DNA of 38,510 nt from a virus (lineage: Duplodnaviria > Caudoviricetes): IMG/VR virus record IMGVR_UViG_3300005662_003801, positions 1 through 38,510 of that record; one strand, 5' to 3'. Positions 7,929-18,346 of the stretch are shown here, piece after piece. Within the stretch, counting starts at the first letter, position 1. Every line of letters begins with the position of its first letter. Under the pieces are notes generated by a model. The model had not been told where the DNA came from and did no database searches. It saw only the letters and a program-made list of their open reading frames with translations. The position numbers and the translations under genes were made by a program.

Positions 7929-8868
7929 TTATAAAATCTTTCACTATACCAAGATATTCATCACAAATAACGCTCCAGTCAAAATGAGTGAGCGCATAAT
8001 TTCTTATGTCGTCTCTGTATTTAGCATTCTCTTCCACCGCTTTATTAATAATATGAGTAATATCTTCATGCATATAACCGTTTGGCAATACGTGTATGAA
8101 CGGTAATGATCGATCCAGATTGGCCGAAGCAGTTTCAGACACAACTATACTCAATCCAGCAGACAATGCTTCTGGAACTACCAAAGGAGCTGCTTCCCCA
8201 TCACTCAATAAAATTAAACATTTATACTCGGTTAATCCGTTGTAAAGATCAGGTTTAGACCAAACACCTTTATATTTGCATGTTTCATTTTGTTTAAAAT
8301 TATTGTCTATTACTGGACCAATAAAATCCACATTACATTTACCAGCACAAACGTTTGCCAGATCAGCTTGTCGTTTTCTTGGTTCTACTTTTCCTAAACA
8401 CAAAGAATCTAAAGAAGGAGTTTTGGTGTATCTAAATTCTTTTGTTCTTGCTCCGTTTCTCAAAACTCTTGTAAATCTATTAAATCCTGATAATTTAAAT
8501 AATCCTTGTATTTCATTAGACAATGAAATGATACCAGGGCAATTTAAAACTCCATTAAAGATTCTGGACCAATATCCGTAATTTGGATAATGATCTTTGA
8601 TATATCCGTAATGAGTGGTTACACAAAAAGGTTTATTGATCAGACGACTCAGAACTTCTGCATGATCGTCGTAATGTAAATGTATAAAGTCGTAATCTGT
8701 ATTGTTTACGTGATTAGCTACTGCTCGCAAATCTGGAGTATTTAAAATGTCAACTTCTACTCCCTTTTCTTTTAGATATTCGTAGTAATCCCAAACTAAA
8801 CTTTCTACGGCTCCCCAATTTTGAGGAGGAATTGGCATGATGCCCGGTCCTATTAATGCTATTTTCAT
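7894..8868 (-). CDS. GT4-like (GT-B) glycosyltransferase
   Basis: IPPQNWGAVE, LRNG, LGKVEPRKRQ, EAAPLVVPEALSAGL (E-x7-E), FDW; start moved to MKIALIG. Confidence 0.8.
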   Translation of the reverse strand: MKIALIGPGIMPIPPQNWGAVESLVWDYYEYLKEKGVEVDILNTPDLRAVANHVNNTDYDFIHLHYDDHAEVLSRLINKPFCVTTHYGYIKDHYPNYGYWSRIFNGVLNCPGIISLSNEIQGLFKLSGFNRFTRVLRNGARTKEFRYTKTPSLDSLCLGKVEPRKRQADLANVCAGKCNVDFIGPVIDNNFKQNETCKYKGVWSKPDLYNGLTEYKCLILLSDGEAAPLVVPEALSAGLSIVVSETASANLDRSLPFIHVLPNGYMHEDITHIINKAVEENAKYRDDIRNYALTHFDWSVICDEYLGIVKDFINENSISNNSNQ

Positions 8869-8876
8869 ATTTGTTA

Positions 8877-9662
8877 TTAACACAATGCCTTAAATAAAGG
8901 CAAATGTTTTCCATTTAATTCTATGTAAACATTAAATAATTCTGGATATTGTTTTAATAAAATACCAAGAATTATTTGTTCATTATTTACGCAATCTCTT
9001 TTAAGATACTCTTCAAATAAATTTTTTACTAAACTATTCATTTTTTTGCATATAGTTTTATTACCACCAAATAAAGTACCAACTAAAATGCAGTTATTAT
9101 CCCAAATATATTCATCATTTCCTGGCCAATTATTGTAATAATTCTTTGTATTGACATTTCCTTGTATTGTCAGTTTGTTGTCACATATTAATTTACTGTT
9201 TGTTGGCCATGGATTTTTTGTATTAACTCCATCAAAAAATCTACTACAACCAGCATCCATCCAAAAGTAATTATCTGTATTGAAATAATTGTTATCAGCT
9301 GCTATTTCTAACCAATCAAATTTAGAATATTGTATAATATTATACAAAGACAGATTACATTCTATTCTAGACGGATCCTTTATCTTATTTTTATAAGCAT
9401 CAGAAAATATAATTTTTTCTATATTTTCTTTAAAATTGTAATATGGTATTTTATTTAATGGTTGAATAATTATTTTTGTTTGATCTAAATTTCTTCTGGT
9501 TAAAACAAAATCTTTAAATTTTTCCTGTATAAAGATAACCATAGGAACATTTAAACTTAATGTTTTATCAAACCATTTTAGGTATTCATCTATGGTTCTA
9601 CCATCCCCATTCTTTTCCCGTTCTATATCAAATAGGGCAGTAATTATTGTTGTATTTGTCAT
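8877..9662 (-). CDS. HtrL/WlaTC (YibB)-like glycosyltransferase
   Basis: TIITALFDI, YNIIQYSKF, FWMDAG, GTLFGG, NNEQ. Confidence 0.7.
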   Translation of the reverse strand: MTNTTIITALFDIEREKNGDGRTIDEYLKWFDKTLSLNVPMVIFIQEKFKDFVLTRRNLDQTKIIIQPLNKIPYYNFKENIEKIIFSDAYKNKIKDPSRIECNLSLYNIIQYSKFDWLEIAADNNYFNTDNYFWMDAGCSRFFDGVNTKNPWPTNSKLICDNKLTIQGNVNTKNYYNNWPGNDEYIWDNNCILVGTLFGGNKTICKKMNSLVKNLFEEYLKRDCVNNEQIILGILLKQYPELFNVYIELNGKHLPLFKALC

Positions 9663-9673
9663 AATTAATTTAA

Positions 9674-10720
9674 TTATTCTCTATTAAAATTTAAATTTGT
9701 TTCGTTGTATTTTGTAGTAAAATATTCTTTTTTTGCCAATTTCATATCATGCTCCACCATCATTTTGGCCAAATCAAAAACATTTACCTTTGGTGCCCAA
9801 TTTAATTTTTCTTTTGCTTTTGTGGAATCGCCCAATAGTTCGTCTACTTCTGCTGGTCTAAAATATTTTGGATCAATTACAATGTATTTTTTATAATCTA
9901 ATCCAACCAATTTAAATGCATATTCACAAAATTCTTTCACTGAAATCATTTTACCGGTAGAAATTACATAATCATCTGGTGTTTCTTGTTGCAACATAGC
10001 CCACATAGCTTCTACGTATTCACCGGCATAACCCCAGTCGCGCATTGCATCAAGATTGCCTAAAAATAATTCAGACTGCAATCCATGATATATTCTTCCA
10101 ACTGCTCTTGTGATTTTTCTTGTCACAAAATTCTCTCCTCTTCTTGGACTCTCATGATTAAAGAGAATTCCAGAAGAAGCGTGCATATTATAACTTTCTC
10201 TGTAATTAATAGTTAAATAATGGCCATAAACTTTTGCACACGCATAAAGAGAACGAGGATATAGTGCTGTTGTTTCTTTTTGAGGTATTTCCCTGACTTT
10301 ACCAAACATTTCACTACTTGATGCTTGATAGAACTTAGGACGTTCTCCGGTTTCTTCTTGATATTGTCTTACGCACTCCAGCATATTAAGTGCACCAATA
10401 CCGTCTACCTGACCAGTATATATCGGCATATCAAACGAAATTCTTACATGGCTTTGTGCTGCTAAATTATAAATTTCGGTTGGTTTACTTTTAATGATAA
10501 TATTATATAAACTTGTATAATCGGTTAGATCACCGTAATGCAGAAAGAAAAGCTTTCCATTTATATCTGGATTATTAATAATATGATCTAATCTTTCAGT
10601 ATTGTATAATGAACTTCTTCTCATTAGTCCATGAACTTCGTATCCTTTAGATAAAAGGAAGTCTGCTAAATAGCTTCCATCTTGCCCAGAGATACCGGTG
10701 ATAAATGCAATTTTTTTCAT
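9674..10720 (-). CDS. gmd: GDP-mannose 4,6-dehydratase
   Basis: [61 protein letters not shown]. Confidence 0.97.
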   Translation of the reverse strand: MKKIAFITGISGQDGSYLADFLLSKGYEVHGLMRRSSLYNTERLDHIINNPDINGKLFFLHYGDLTDYTSLYNIIIKSKPTEIYNLAAQSHVRISFDMPIYTGQVDGIGALNMLECVRQYQEETGERPKFYQASSSEMFGKVREIPQKETTALYPRSLYACAKVYGHYLTINYRESYNMHASSGILFNHESPRRGENFVTRKITRAVGRIYHGLQSELFLGNLDAMRDWGYAGEYVEAMWAMLQQETPDDYVISTGKMISVKEFCEYAFKLVGLDYKKYIVIDPKYFRPAEVDELLGDSTKAKEKLNWAPKVNVFDLAKMMVEHDMKLAKKEYFTTKYNETNLNFNRE

Positions 10721-10738
10721 ATATTTTTACAAAAATTA

Positions 10739-11623
10739 TTAATAATTAAAATTTTTAAAATGCTCAAAGTCAACATTATGAATCCAATACGGCCATAGTT
10801 CTGGTGTCTTGATTGTCATGGATTCAATATCAAAATCATTAGTATAAACGTCAATTTTATTTTTAAATTCATCATTAAATAATGATGTTTGTTTATATAT
10901 GACTGCACCAAAATTAATTAATTCAAGTTTTATTTCATTATCTTTTGCAACAGATTTAATAAAATCTCTAAGATGAATAACTCCATTCTTAAATTTATCT
11001 GAAAAGGATGTTTTTAATTTTTCTGCAAATAAAACCATAACATCAGGAGAACCCATGTAAAACCAATCACATGGTTCGTTCATTGGTTCTCCTCCATACA
11101 AATGTCCTCCCGTATTTGAACTTTGTATAAAAATAGTATTTGAAGAAAAATTTAAATTTTTAATTATTGATCTGACATCTTTCATGTATATTAAGTCTGG
11201 TCTTGCTCTTATAATAACATCATATTGTGTTTTGTCAATTAATTTTATTGACTTATTAATTGACTCAAGCTGAGACGAAACTCCATACAATAAAATAGGA
11301 GTCATCATTTTATTGTATTCTAATGATGTTTCTTTCCAGGTATCAAAATTAAATTTTTTAACATAAGTGAGATCAATTTTTGTATACGGTTCTGTTTTAT
11401 ACTGAAAAATATTAAAAGCATCTATTAATTTATTTACAATATCTTTGTCGTTTAATTTTAAATTATAATGCATTTTAAAGCATTTATTTAAATATGATTC
11501 GTCCCACCAAAAATGCCCAAAACATTTTGATGTGTTATCGTATAGATTATTGATAAATGTATCAATACATTCTTGGTATGTACAAGGCTGTCCAGAAAAT
11601 GATATTGCTGCTTTAATGGTCAT
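10739..11623 (-). CDS. 'SGQP' family glycosyltransferase-like protein (paralogue 2)
   Basis: AAISFSGQP, FGHFW, YDVIIRARPD, DWFYMG. Confidence 0.45.
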   Translation of the reverse strand: MTIKAAISFSGQPCTYQECIDTFINNLYDNTSKCFGHFWWDESYLNKCFKMHYNLKLNDKDIVNKLIDAFNIFQYKTEPYTKIDLTYVKKFNFDTWKETSLEYNKMMTPILLYGVSSQLESINKSIKLIDKTQYDVIIRARPDLIYMKDVRSIIKNLNFSSNTIFIQSSNTGGHLYGGEPMNEPCDWFYMGSPDVMVLFAEKLKTSFSDKFKNGVIHLRDFIKSVAKDNEIKLELINFGAVIYKQTSLFNDEFKNKIDVYTNDFDIESMTIKTPELWPYWIHNVDFEHFKNFNY

Positions 11624-12675
11624 AGTAATAGTAAATTTTTTTCTTTTAAATTTCCTTCAATATTAAAATATGGTGTTATCTTTTTTTGTTTTGCCATTTG
11701 TAAAAACCAGCCACAAATTCCATATTCTGACATACTCATTCCGCCAACATAACCTTGACATTTAGATAGACAAATCAAATCAGATAAACACGAATTTGTA
11801 TAATGTTTAATCAATTCTGGTTTTTTGCATATTTGCAGTTCCAAAGAAGGTGATTCTACAAATTCTTTTTTCCAATTTGTGTCATATCTTATAAAGAAAG
11901 TTTTGTTATAGTTATTACTAAAAAAAGTGTAATCCGTATATTTTTCTTTTAAGTAATCTATTGTTTCTGAGGAATCAGTGGATACAAAAATTTTATTAGT
12001 ATTTAAAATATCACATATTTGTTTTGTTTTTTCCATATATTCATCCAACGAATATATTTTTCTTCCATGCCAAGCACCATCTGTGTTTGTAGTATTTTTT
12101 GCTATTTCTCCACGTCTTATTTGTAAACCACAAACTGGTTCATTTGGCCATTCATAATTTAATTCATTATTTTGTATAATATTTTTTAATTCTTCATTTA
12201 AACAAAATATATGATCTAAACATGCCAAATACAAAGGCAAAGGTTCTATCGCATAGTTTTTTAAATTTTCAATATACGACTGATCAAAATCAGATATATC
12301 AACGATTCTTTCAATATCTTGAAAAACATTATTTAATGAATCTTTTGTAGAACTATTATTTTTATAATTTCTAGACCACAACCAAGGATACCAGCTATTT
12401 TCTTGAGTTTTTTCTTTCCAAAAATAGTCTTCTCCAGGTCTTGGGTTATTTGATAATTTTGGTTTTAAACCTTTTTGAATATTGTCAAAAAAATAAGAAG
12501 ATAAAAATCTAATATTTTTTGCTAAAGGATAAAAACTCAAAAAACATTCTCCCGAATTCATTGTTGAAGTTTGTATTTTATTAATTAATAATTTACAAAC
12601 ATCAATTTGTTTTTTTATATCAACAATATCTTTGTTATACTGTATATAATGTCCATCATGTAAAATAGTATTCAT
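11620..12675 (-). CDS. Putative fucosyltransferase-fold enzyme (GT23/NodZ/O-FucT-like)
   Basis: GLQIRRGE (cf. GVHVRRTD), KIFVSTDS (cf. VYLATDD), SDLICLSKCQGYVG..MSEYG: the three GDP-Fuc-binding motifs. Confidence 0.6.
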   Translation of the reverse strand: MNTILHDGHYIQYNKDIVDIKKQIDVCKLLINKIQTSTMNSGECFLSFYPLAKNIRFLSSYFFDNIQKGLKPKLSNNPRPGEDYFWKEKTQENSWYPWLWSRNYKNNSSTKDSLNNVFQDIERIVDISDFDQSYIENLKNYAIEPLPLYLACLDHIFCLNEELKNIIQNNELNYEWPNEPVCGLQIRRGEIAKNTTNTDGAWHGRKIYSLDEYMEKTKQICDILNTNKIFVSTDSSETIDYLKEKYTDYTFFSNNYNKTFFIRYDTNWKKEFVESPSLELQICKKPELIKHYTNSCLSDLICLSKCQGYVGGMSMSEYGICGWFLQMAKQKKITPYFNIEGNLKEKNLLLL

Positions 12676-12679
12676 TTTA

Positions 12680-13420
12680 TTATTTCTTTTTATAAATTGG
12701 TATTTTAACCATTTTATGTTTATTCATTTTGTTGAATTTTTTATAAATTTTTAACACTTCTTGTTGTCTATTTGAGAGATTATTGTTCTCTCCTTTATAA
12801 TCCATAGCCCATTCTAGTTCTTCATAAGATGCACCCAGTTGATCTTCGTCTGTTCTATCGGTGTCCCAAAGCCCATCTGTCGGTGCCGCATTAAGAATAT
12901 CTTGATTAATCCCAAGTTGTTTTGCTAGGTTTCTTACTTCGGTTTTTGTTAAATCGGCAATAGGTGATATATCGACACCACCATCACCATATTTTGTAAA
13001 AAATCCTACGCCAAAATCTTCAATTTTATTTCCAGTGCCTACAACAATTCCCTTTAATGCACCTGCGTACTGGTAAAGTGTTACCATGCGTAATCTGGAA
13101 CGAGTATTTGCTAAAGATAAATCGGTATGATACTTTGTTGGTATTGTTGTTTTAAAAACATCAAATAAATTAGTTAATTCTACTTCAATAAACTTAACAT
13201 TATTATATTTTAATTTTAACCAATCTGCATGATTTCTGGCTCTTGTTAATTGGTCTTCTTTTTGTTTAATCGGCATAGAAAGCACATACGTATCAAGACC
13301 CGTTTCTGCACACAAAGTAGAGACGAGAGCAGAATCAATTCCGCCAGAAATTCCAATAATCAATGATGTTAGTTTATTTTTCTTGCAGTATTTTTTTATC
13401 CATTTAGATATTTCATGCAT
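12680..13420 (-). CDS. nadE: NH3-dependent NAD+ synthetase
   Basis: IGISGGIDSA PP-loop, NTRSRLRM, GTGNKIE, GFFTKYGDGG, PTDGLW, TDEDQLG; start moved to the ATG overlapping the ugd stop. Confidence 0.92.
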   Translation of the reverse strand: MHEISKWIKKYCKKNKLTSLIIGISGGIDSALVSTLCAETGLDTYVLSMPIKQKEDQLTRARNHADWLKLKYNNVKFIEVELTNLFDVFKTTIPTKYHTDLSLANTRSRLRMVTLYQYAGALKGIVVGTGNKIEDFGVGFFTKYGDGGVDISPIADLTKTEVRNLAKQLGINQDILNAAPTDGLWDTDRTDEDQLGASYEELEWAMDYKGENNNLSNRQQEVLKIYKKFNKMNKHKMVKIPIYKKK

Positions 13421-14681
13421 TTTCACCACCAATTTTAATAACCCGGACATCATCTATATTTGGCATATATCTAAACGGATCAATTACGATGCTTCCTTTT
13501 GGATAATTTAATGTCTTAAAATAATCGTGTTGAGTTCCTAAAAAGAATACAGTGTTATTGTCTATAGTAGCAAATGTGTCATTAAATGCCTTTTGTCCAT
13601 CAGTGTATGGATCAGTTTGAACGACTTCAATCCCCTTTTCTTTCAAGATATTTGCAAGAAGAACAGCAGGACTTCCTGTTTGAATATTTGTTTCAGGCTT
13701 AAATGATTTACCTAAAATGCATACTTTACGATTTTCAGCAATACACAGATTTGCTAACCATTCGGTTTGATCTTCTCTGGCAATCATTAAATCTTCAAAA
13801 TAATCGTGACTCAAATTAAGAGTTTTTGATAACCATGACATTGCAATATTGTCTCTTGGATGGCAACCACCACCGTCTCCCATCCCTCCGCGAAGATACT
13901 TTGTAGAAATCAATCGTTCATCAGCTAAACCAATTGCATCGATTACGCTGTCTACATTTGCTCCAATCTTGTGACAAATTTCCATCATGGTGTTTGCGTA
14001 CACGATCTTCATACCAATAAAGGTATTATAAGCAACTTTAATTAATTCTGCATTTTTAATACTTGTTTTGAATACTTTCTTATTGTGAAGAGTTGCATAA
14101 AAACTTTCAACAAATTTTGCTGCTTCTGGATCGTCTACACCAAATAACACAAACTCGGGATTTAAAAAGTCCTTGATCGTGGTTCCCATAGCAATAAAGA
14201 ATGGATTATAACATAGTTTAATTTTATTGGAAAGAATTGGTTTAATGTATTTTTCAACAGTTCCAGGTAATACTGTGGAAATAATTACTACAATCTTTTC
14301 TTTTCCATTCTTTTCTACTTCTTCTGAAAGATTTTTTATTGCTGCCACCAGAGCATCATAATTAAAATCAACTCTAGACTCTGGTAGTCTGGTGCAACCT
14401 TCATATAGAGGATCGTGTGGAGTTTGAACAGGAACAAAAATAATATCACTTTGTTTAACAACTTCTGAAACTTCTGCAAAGGTAATATTAGATTTTGGTA
14501 ATAGTTCATCCATATAAATTTCACTATATGGAATTTTTTTATGGTTAATGTATTCTTTGACAGCAGGATTAATGTCATAACCTATTACATTATGTCCTTT
14601 TGTTTCAATTGCTACTGCTACAGGTAATCCTAGTTTGCCTAGGCCGATAAATCCAATAGTAAGATTATTAATATTTTTCAT
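13413..14681 (-). CDS. ugd: UDP-glucose/GDP-mannose dehydrogenase family protein
   Basis: GFIGLGKLGLP, VQTP, STVLPGT, YNPFF, AELIK, GDGGGCHPRD (catalytic Cys), LGKSFKPET; start moved to MKNINN. Confidence 0.88.
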   Translation of the reverse strand: MKNINNLTIGFIGLGKLGLPVAVAIETKGHNVIGYDINPAVKEYINHKKIPYSEIYMDELLPKSNITFAEVSEVVKQSDIIFVPVQTPHDPLYEGCTRLPESRVDFNYDALVAAIKNLSEEVEKNGKEKIVVIISTVLPGTVEKYIKPILSNKIKLCYNPFFIAMGTTIKDFLNPEFVLFGVDDPEAAKFVESFYATLHNKKVFKTSIKNAELIKVAYNTFIGMKIVYANTMMEICHKIGANVDSVIDAIGLADERLISTKYLRGGMGDGGGCHPRDNIAMSWLSKTLNLSHDYFEDLMIAREDQTEWLANLCIAENRKVCILGKSFKPETNIQTGSPAVLLANILKEKGIEVVQTDPYTDGQKAFNDTFATIDNNTVFFLGTQHDYFKTLNYPKGSIVIDPFRYMPNIDDVRVIKIGGENA

Positions 14682-14700
14682 AAAGATTCTCTTGATTGTG

Positions 14701-15489
14701 TTATAAAATTTCATTAGCATGTCTACCATCATATCCAGATCCAGCTCTTGGATATTTATATCGATATTGATGAACTAGAGGATTATTTGTACTTTCCCAG
14801 TTATGTACTCGTAAGCATTCTACAATATCTGGATTAAATACTTCATTATATCCACAAGCACCAAACAAAACAGTTAAAAATACATCATAACAAACAAATG
14901 CCGGATCTGTACTAATTAATTGTTTGATTATATCTGGTCTGTTTTGTACAAAATTATTTACTTCAAGCATAACAGAGCTATCATAAAATGCAGGGGTAGA
15001 ACCATAATGTGTTACATTAATGGATTTAGATAGTGTGTTTAATATTGGTTGTATCTTTCCTAAACCCCCATAACCATTTTTTACAAGATCATTTACTCTA
15101 CTGCCTAAAAGAGCATTTGTTTTGTTTGGAAAATGATTTAATTTACCCCGTACTAAAACATCTGGTTCCATTATGAGAATTGAATCTGTTTTACAATATT
15201 CAATTGCATCGACATTTCTTTTAAAAAACTCATATATCGATTTAAATATTTCTTTTTGTACTTCTAAATTATTCCATTTTTCTGGAGTAAGACGTTGAGA
15301 TATTCCTCTAGAATCGTATCCAATTGTTGTTTTAATATTGGTATATTTTGTTTCTAAAAAAGAATAATCGTCTCCACCATCAGATACCAGATATACTGGA
15401 CAATCAGGATAATGTTCTTTTAAAATTTTTATAGAATAATCTACCGATTCCGTCTCACGATAACATGTATAAAATACACCAAAATTCAT
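14701..15489 (-). CDS. Putative GT-A glycosyltransferase-like protein
   Basis: VYLVSDGGDD, ILIMEPDVLV, YDVFL, C-terminal VHQY; cluster context. Confidence 0.45.
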   Translation of the reverse strand: MNFGVFYTCYRETESVDYSIKILKEHYPDCPVYLVSDGGDDYSFLETKYTNIKTTIGYDSRGISQRLTPEKWNNLEVQKEIFKSIYEFFKRNVDAIEYCKTDSILIMEPDVLVRGKLNHFPNKTNALLGSRVNDLVKNGYGGLGKIQPILNTLSKSINVTHYGSTPAFYDSSVMLEVNNFVQNRPDIIKQLISTDPAFVCYDVFLTVLFGACGYNEVFNPDIVECLRVHNWESTNNPLVHQYRYKYPRAGSGYDGRHANEIL

Positions 15490-15498
15490 TATAATTCC

Positions 15499-16242
15499 TT
15501 AAAAAGTTATTTTTAAATCTATAGGTTGTGCAGTAACGTTATTATTTATAAGATGATCCCGTACTAACAATTCATTACACCATGCATTTTCTTTGGAAAT
15601 AACTTGATTACACAAAGGTTCAATAAAATAATATAAACTACTCCAAACATTCATCACTTTATTAGATCCCATTGTAAACCAATCACTCACCATATTCAAT
15701 GGTTGATTTAGCTGCTGGTAATACAACACGGAATCATCAAATTGTACATTATTAAAGTTTATTTTTACATTTGGACTAACATCATATCTAAGTTTAATAA
15801 CACAATCATATTTAATTTCATTTTCAATAGAATATTGTTCTTTTAAAAAATTTACTCTTGAATTTGAATACCATTGACTGTGGCATATATCCACTATATA
15901 CCTTCCAAACGTTTCTGTTCCACCAGGATCTTTTAATCCATAATCAAAAAATCTTTTAATATTATCTTCCGATACTTTTATATTTGGATTTGACCAATGT
16001 TTTGGTTTTTCAAATATATAAGCTTTTGGTTGGTATATCTCAATTAGTTTTTTATCGATGTCTGGTTCTGCTGACCTATTCCAATGACCTGGGCATCTTT
16101 TATCAAAGTTTAAATTATTAGAATCATACCAGGCATGTAAAAACACATCAACATCATTATTTTCTATAATAGATTGTTTTATTCTAAATGATGTTTGAAT
16201 TGCATTTCTAGGTTGACCGGATAAACATAAAGCAATTTTCAT
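15499..16242 (-). CDS. 'KIALCLSGQPR' family glycosyltransferase-like protein (paralogue 3)
   Basis: KIALCLSGQPR, DVFLHAW, SQWYS, YDCVIKLRYD, SDWFTMG, NELLV. Confidence 0.5.
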   Translation of the reverse strand: MKIALCLSGQPRNAIQTSFRIKQSIIENNDVDVFLHAWYDSNNLNFDKRCPGHWNRSAEPDIDKKLIEIYQPKAYIFEKPKHWSNPNIKVSEDNIKRFFDYGLKDPGGTETFGRYIVDICHSQWYSNSRVNFLKEQYSIENEIKYDCVIKLRYDVSPNVKINFNNVQFDDSVLYYQQLNQPLNMVSDWFTMGSNKVMNVWSSLYYFIEPLCNQVISKENAWCNELLVRDHLINNNVTAQPIDLKITF

Positions 16243-16290
16243 AATATTTTTAATAAATTTACAAAAGTGTTATAGATTTTATTATTCATT

Positions 16291-16911
16291 TTATTTTTTT
16301 ACAACAACAATATTGTTATCAAGATTATTATCTGGATTTGGAAGATTAAAAACTTCAATATATTCTAAATTAAATTTATTTTTTAATTCACTCACACGAG
16401 CTGTAAAATCGTTTACATTATCTTGTAATAAATCTTCAATTATAAAGTAACCACCTCTTTTTAACTTATGAATCGAGTTTACAAAAAAAGTATAGTTTGA
16501 AACAAATGAATGATCTCCATCGTCTATTATGATATCAAACATCAAGTTTGATAAATCTGGAGAAGACCACATTGAATTTATTGCATCTGGACTTCTTTGA
16601 TCACAATAAAAACATTTAATTCGGTCACTGGACACAAATGTTCGTGTGTCTATATCACCAGCATAGATTTTGCTATTTTTAAAATATTCTTCCCATGCCC
16701 ATAAAGATTTTGCGCCTTCAAAAATTCCAACTTCAAAAACATTTAACTTTTCGTCCTTTATATCATTGAAAAGATAATGATATAGAGAACTATAGTTGTG
16801 CCATTTTAATAGTGTACTTTTATCTGATCTGTGTTTTTCCATTAAATGGCATAAATCTGTAATTGTTTCGTATTTTTTATTTTCAAAAAACTTTTTCATA
16901 ATAGTTTGCAT
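16291..16911 (-). CDS. Class I SAM-dependent methyltransferase (MycE-like sugar O-methyltransferase type)
   Basis: SDK..HNY, VFEVGI, AGDID, DQ, FDIIIDDGDH, GGYFIIED. Confidence 0.75.
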   Translation of the reverse strand: MQTIMKKFFENKKYETITDLCHLMEKHRSDKSTLLKWHNYSSLYHYLFNDIKDEKLNVFEVGIFEGAKSLWAWEEYFKNSKIYAGDIDTRTFVSSDRIKCFYCDQRSPDAINSMWSSPDLSNLMFDIIIDDGDHSFVSNYTFFVNSIHKLKRGGYFIIEDLLQDNVNDFTARVSELKNKFNLEYIEVFNLPNPDNNLDNNIVVVKK

Positions 16912-16934
16912 AATCGATCCTTTCGGGTTATAAA

Positions 16935-17810
16935 TTATTTAGATCCGTTCTTGTTGTTCATATGTCTTATAAGTTCTGCATTTAAAACTACACTCGCTCC
17001 TGTTGGGTGTGGATTCCACGATTGTCCAGGCCAATTAAATGGACGATTTTCAAATCTTAAAATTCTATACATGAACGAATATATTGGAAATTGTGGTTTT
17101 AATTTACCGTCAAGAATGTACTTGTATACTAAACAATTTAAAACATCTTGATCACCACATGACCATTTAAATGATGAGTCTGGATTGGGATTTGGTGTTT
17201 TTGCTAGAAGTGTTTTATCTTTACATAAATTTAAATATTCTTTAATAAAATTTCTAGAAAATTGAGTATTTTTTAAAATTATTCTGGCAGCATTGATTAA
17301 TTTACAATTCTTTACAATATCATTTTCTATTGGATTTGGTATTAATTTATCAATTGTGTAGGTTTTTACATATTCTTTGACAAACACTCCATCTCTTTCA
17401 ATTTGAACAAACAAGTCACTGGAATTATCTGCAAGCAGCTTATTTGCAAATTGTTTTATGTTATTCCAATCAGATTCCCAATATTGAGCATTTTTTTTAA
17501 AATTTGCATCATGATATACCAGTATAGAATTTTCTGGTATGATACTTAAAACATAATTAATTATAAAAGGTTTAAAATCAAAATAACCTATATTATTTGC
17601 ATTTGGATTCATATCCAATGCTTCATCGTATTCATTGCATATATCTCCACTCCCAGCTATTTGTTTTAATTTTGTTTTATTAAAAAGAAATGTATCAGTA
17701 AAGAATGGAGCTAATCTTTCTTTAATTTGAATTGCAGTTTCTTTTAAATCATACCCTTTATCGGTGGGCTCGCCTTCAGTATAAAAAGTTGTAAAATATA
17801 TGTTTTCCAT
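16935..17810 (-). CDS. Putative glycosyltransferase-like protein
   Basis: GYFDFKPFII, LVYHDAN, LINA, GDQDVLN: a K-P / D / DQ motif layout of GT-A type. Confidence 0.45.
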   Translation of the reverse strand: MENIYFTTFYTEGEPTDKGYDLKETAIQIKERLAPFFTDTFLFNKTKLKQIAGSGDICNEYDEALDMNPNANNIGYFDFKPFIINYVLSIIPENSILVYHDANFKKNAQYWESDWNNIKQFANKLLADNSSDLFVQIERDGVFVKEYVKTYTIDKLIPNPIENDIVKNCKLINAARIILKNTQFSRNFIKEYLNLCKDKTLLAKTPNPNPDSSFKWSCGDQDVLNCLVYKYILDGKLKPQFPIYSFMYRILRFENRPFNWPGQSWNPHPTGASVVLNAELIRHMNNKNGSK

Positions 17811-18346
17811 TATATTTGAATAGACCAGCTAGTATCTTCAAAGGTGTTTATTTTTTTATTTTTAAAAAATTCATTTACTGCACCCCAAACTCCATGAATT
17901 TGATCTTCTTGAACAATATAATCATGACCACAAATTATTCCATTATTTTTTAATTTTGGTAGTGACAAATTAATATCTCGCAAAACAGATGGCTTTTCAT
18001 GAGCTGCATCTATATAGATAAAATCAAAATAATTATCAGGTAATTCTGGAACTATTGTTTCTATATTACCTTGTTTAAAAATAATATTATTATATAAATT
18101 TAAATTATTTTGTAATTTATTTGATTTATTAATATCAATTCCTGTTACAGTTTGGGCGTAGTAAGAAAATAAAACTGTACTTACTCCATCGTTTACACCC
18201 AATTCTAAAACATTATGATTTTTATTCATGCCATGAAATACACATAGATCATCCAATCCTTTTAAATAATTTTGAGAATTGTTATAACCTCCACCATAAC
18301 CATTCATTCTTTCTTCAAATAAATTTGGTTTTTCTTTATTAGTCAT
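17810..18346 (-). CDS. Class I SAM-dependent methyltransferase (Methyltransf_24-like)
   Basis: VLELGVNDGVST, GID, FDFIYIDAAH, GIICGHDY, GVWGAVNE. Confidence 0.8.
   Translation of the reverse strand: MTNKEKPNLFEERMNGYGGGYNNSQNYLKGLDDLCVFHGMNKNHNVLELGVNDGVSTVLFSYYAQTVTGIDINKSNKLQNNLNLYNNIIFKQGNIETIVPELPDNYFDFIYIDAAHEKPSVLRDINLSLPKLKNNGIICGHDYIVQEDQIHGVWGAVNEFFKNKKINTFEDTSWSIQI

Noticed and set aside
16936-16943. TCTAAATA late-promoter-like motif before the 16291..16911 methyltransferase
   Set aside because: Non-consensus, and it coincides with Lys-stop codons in very AT-rich DNA; plausible but not distinguishable from chance.
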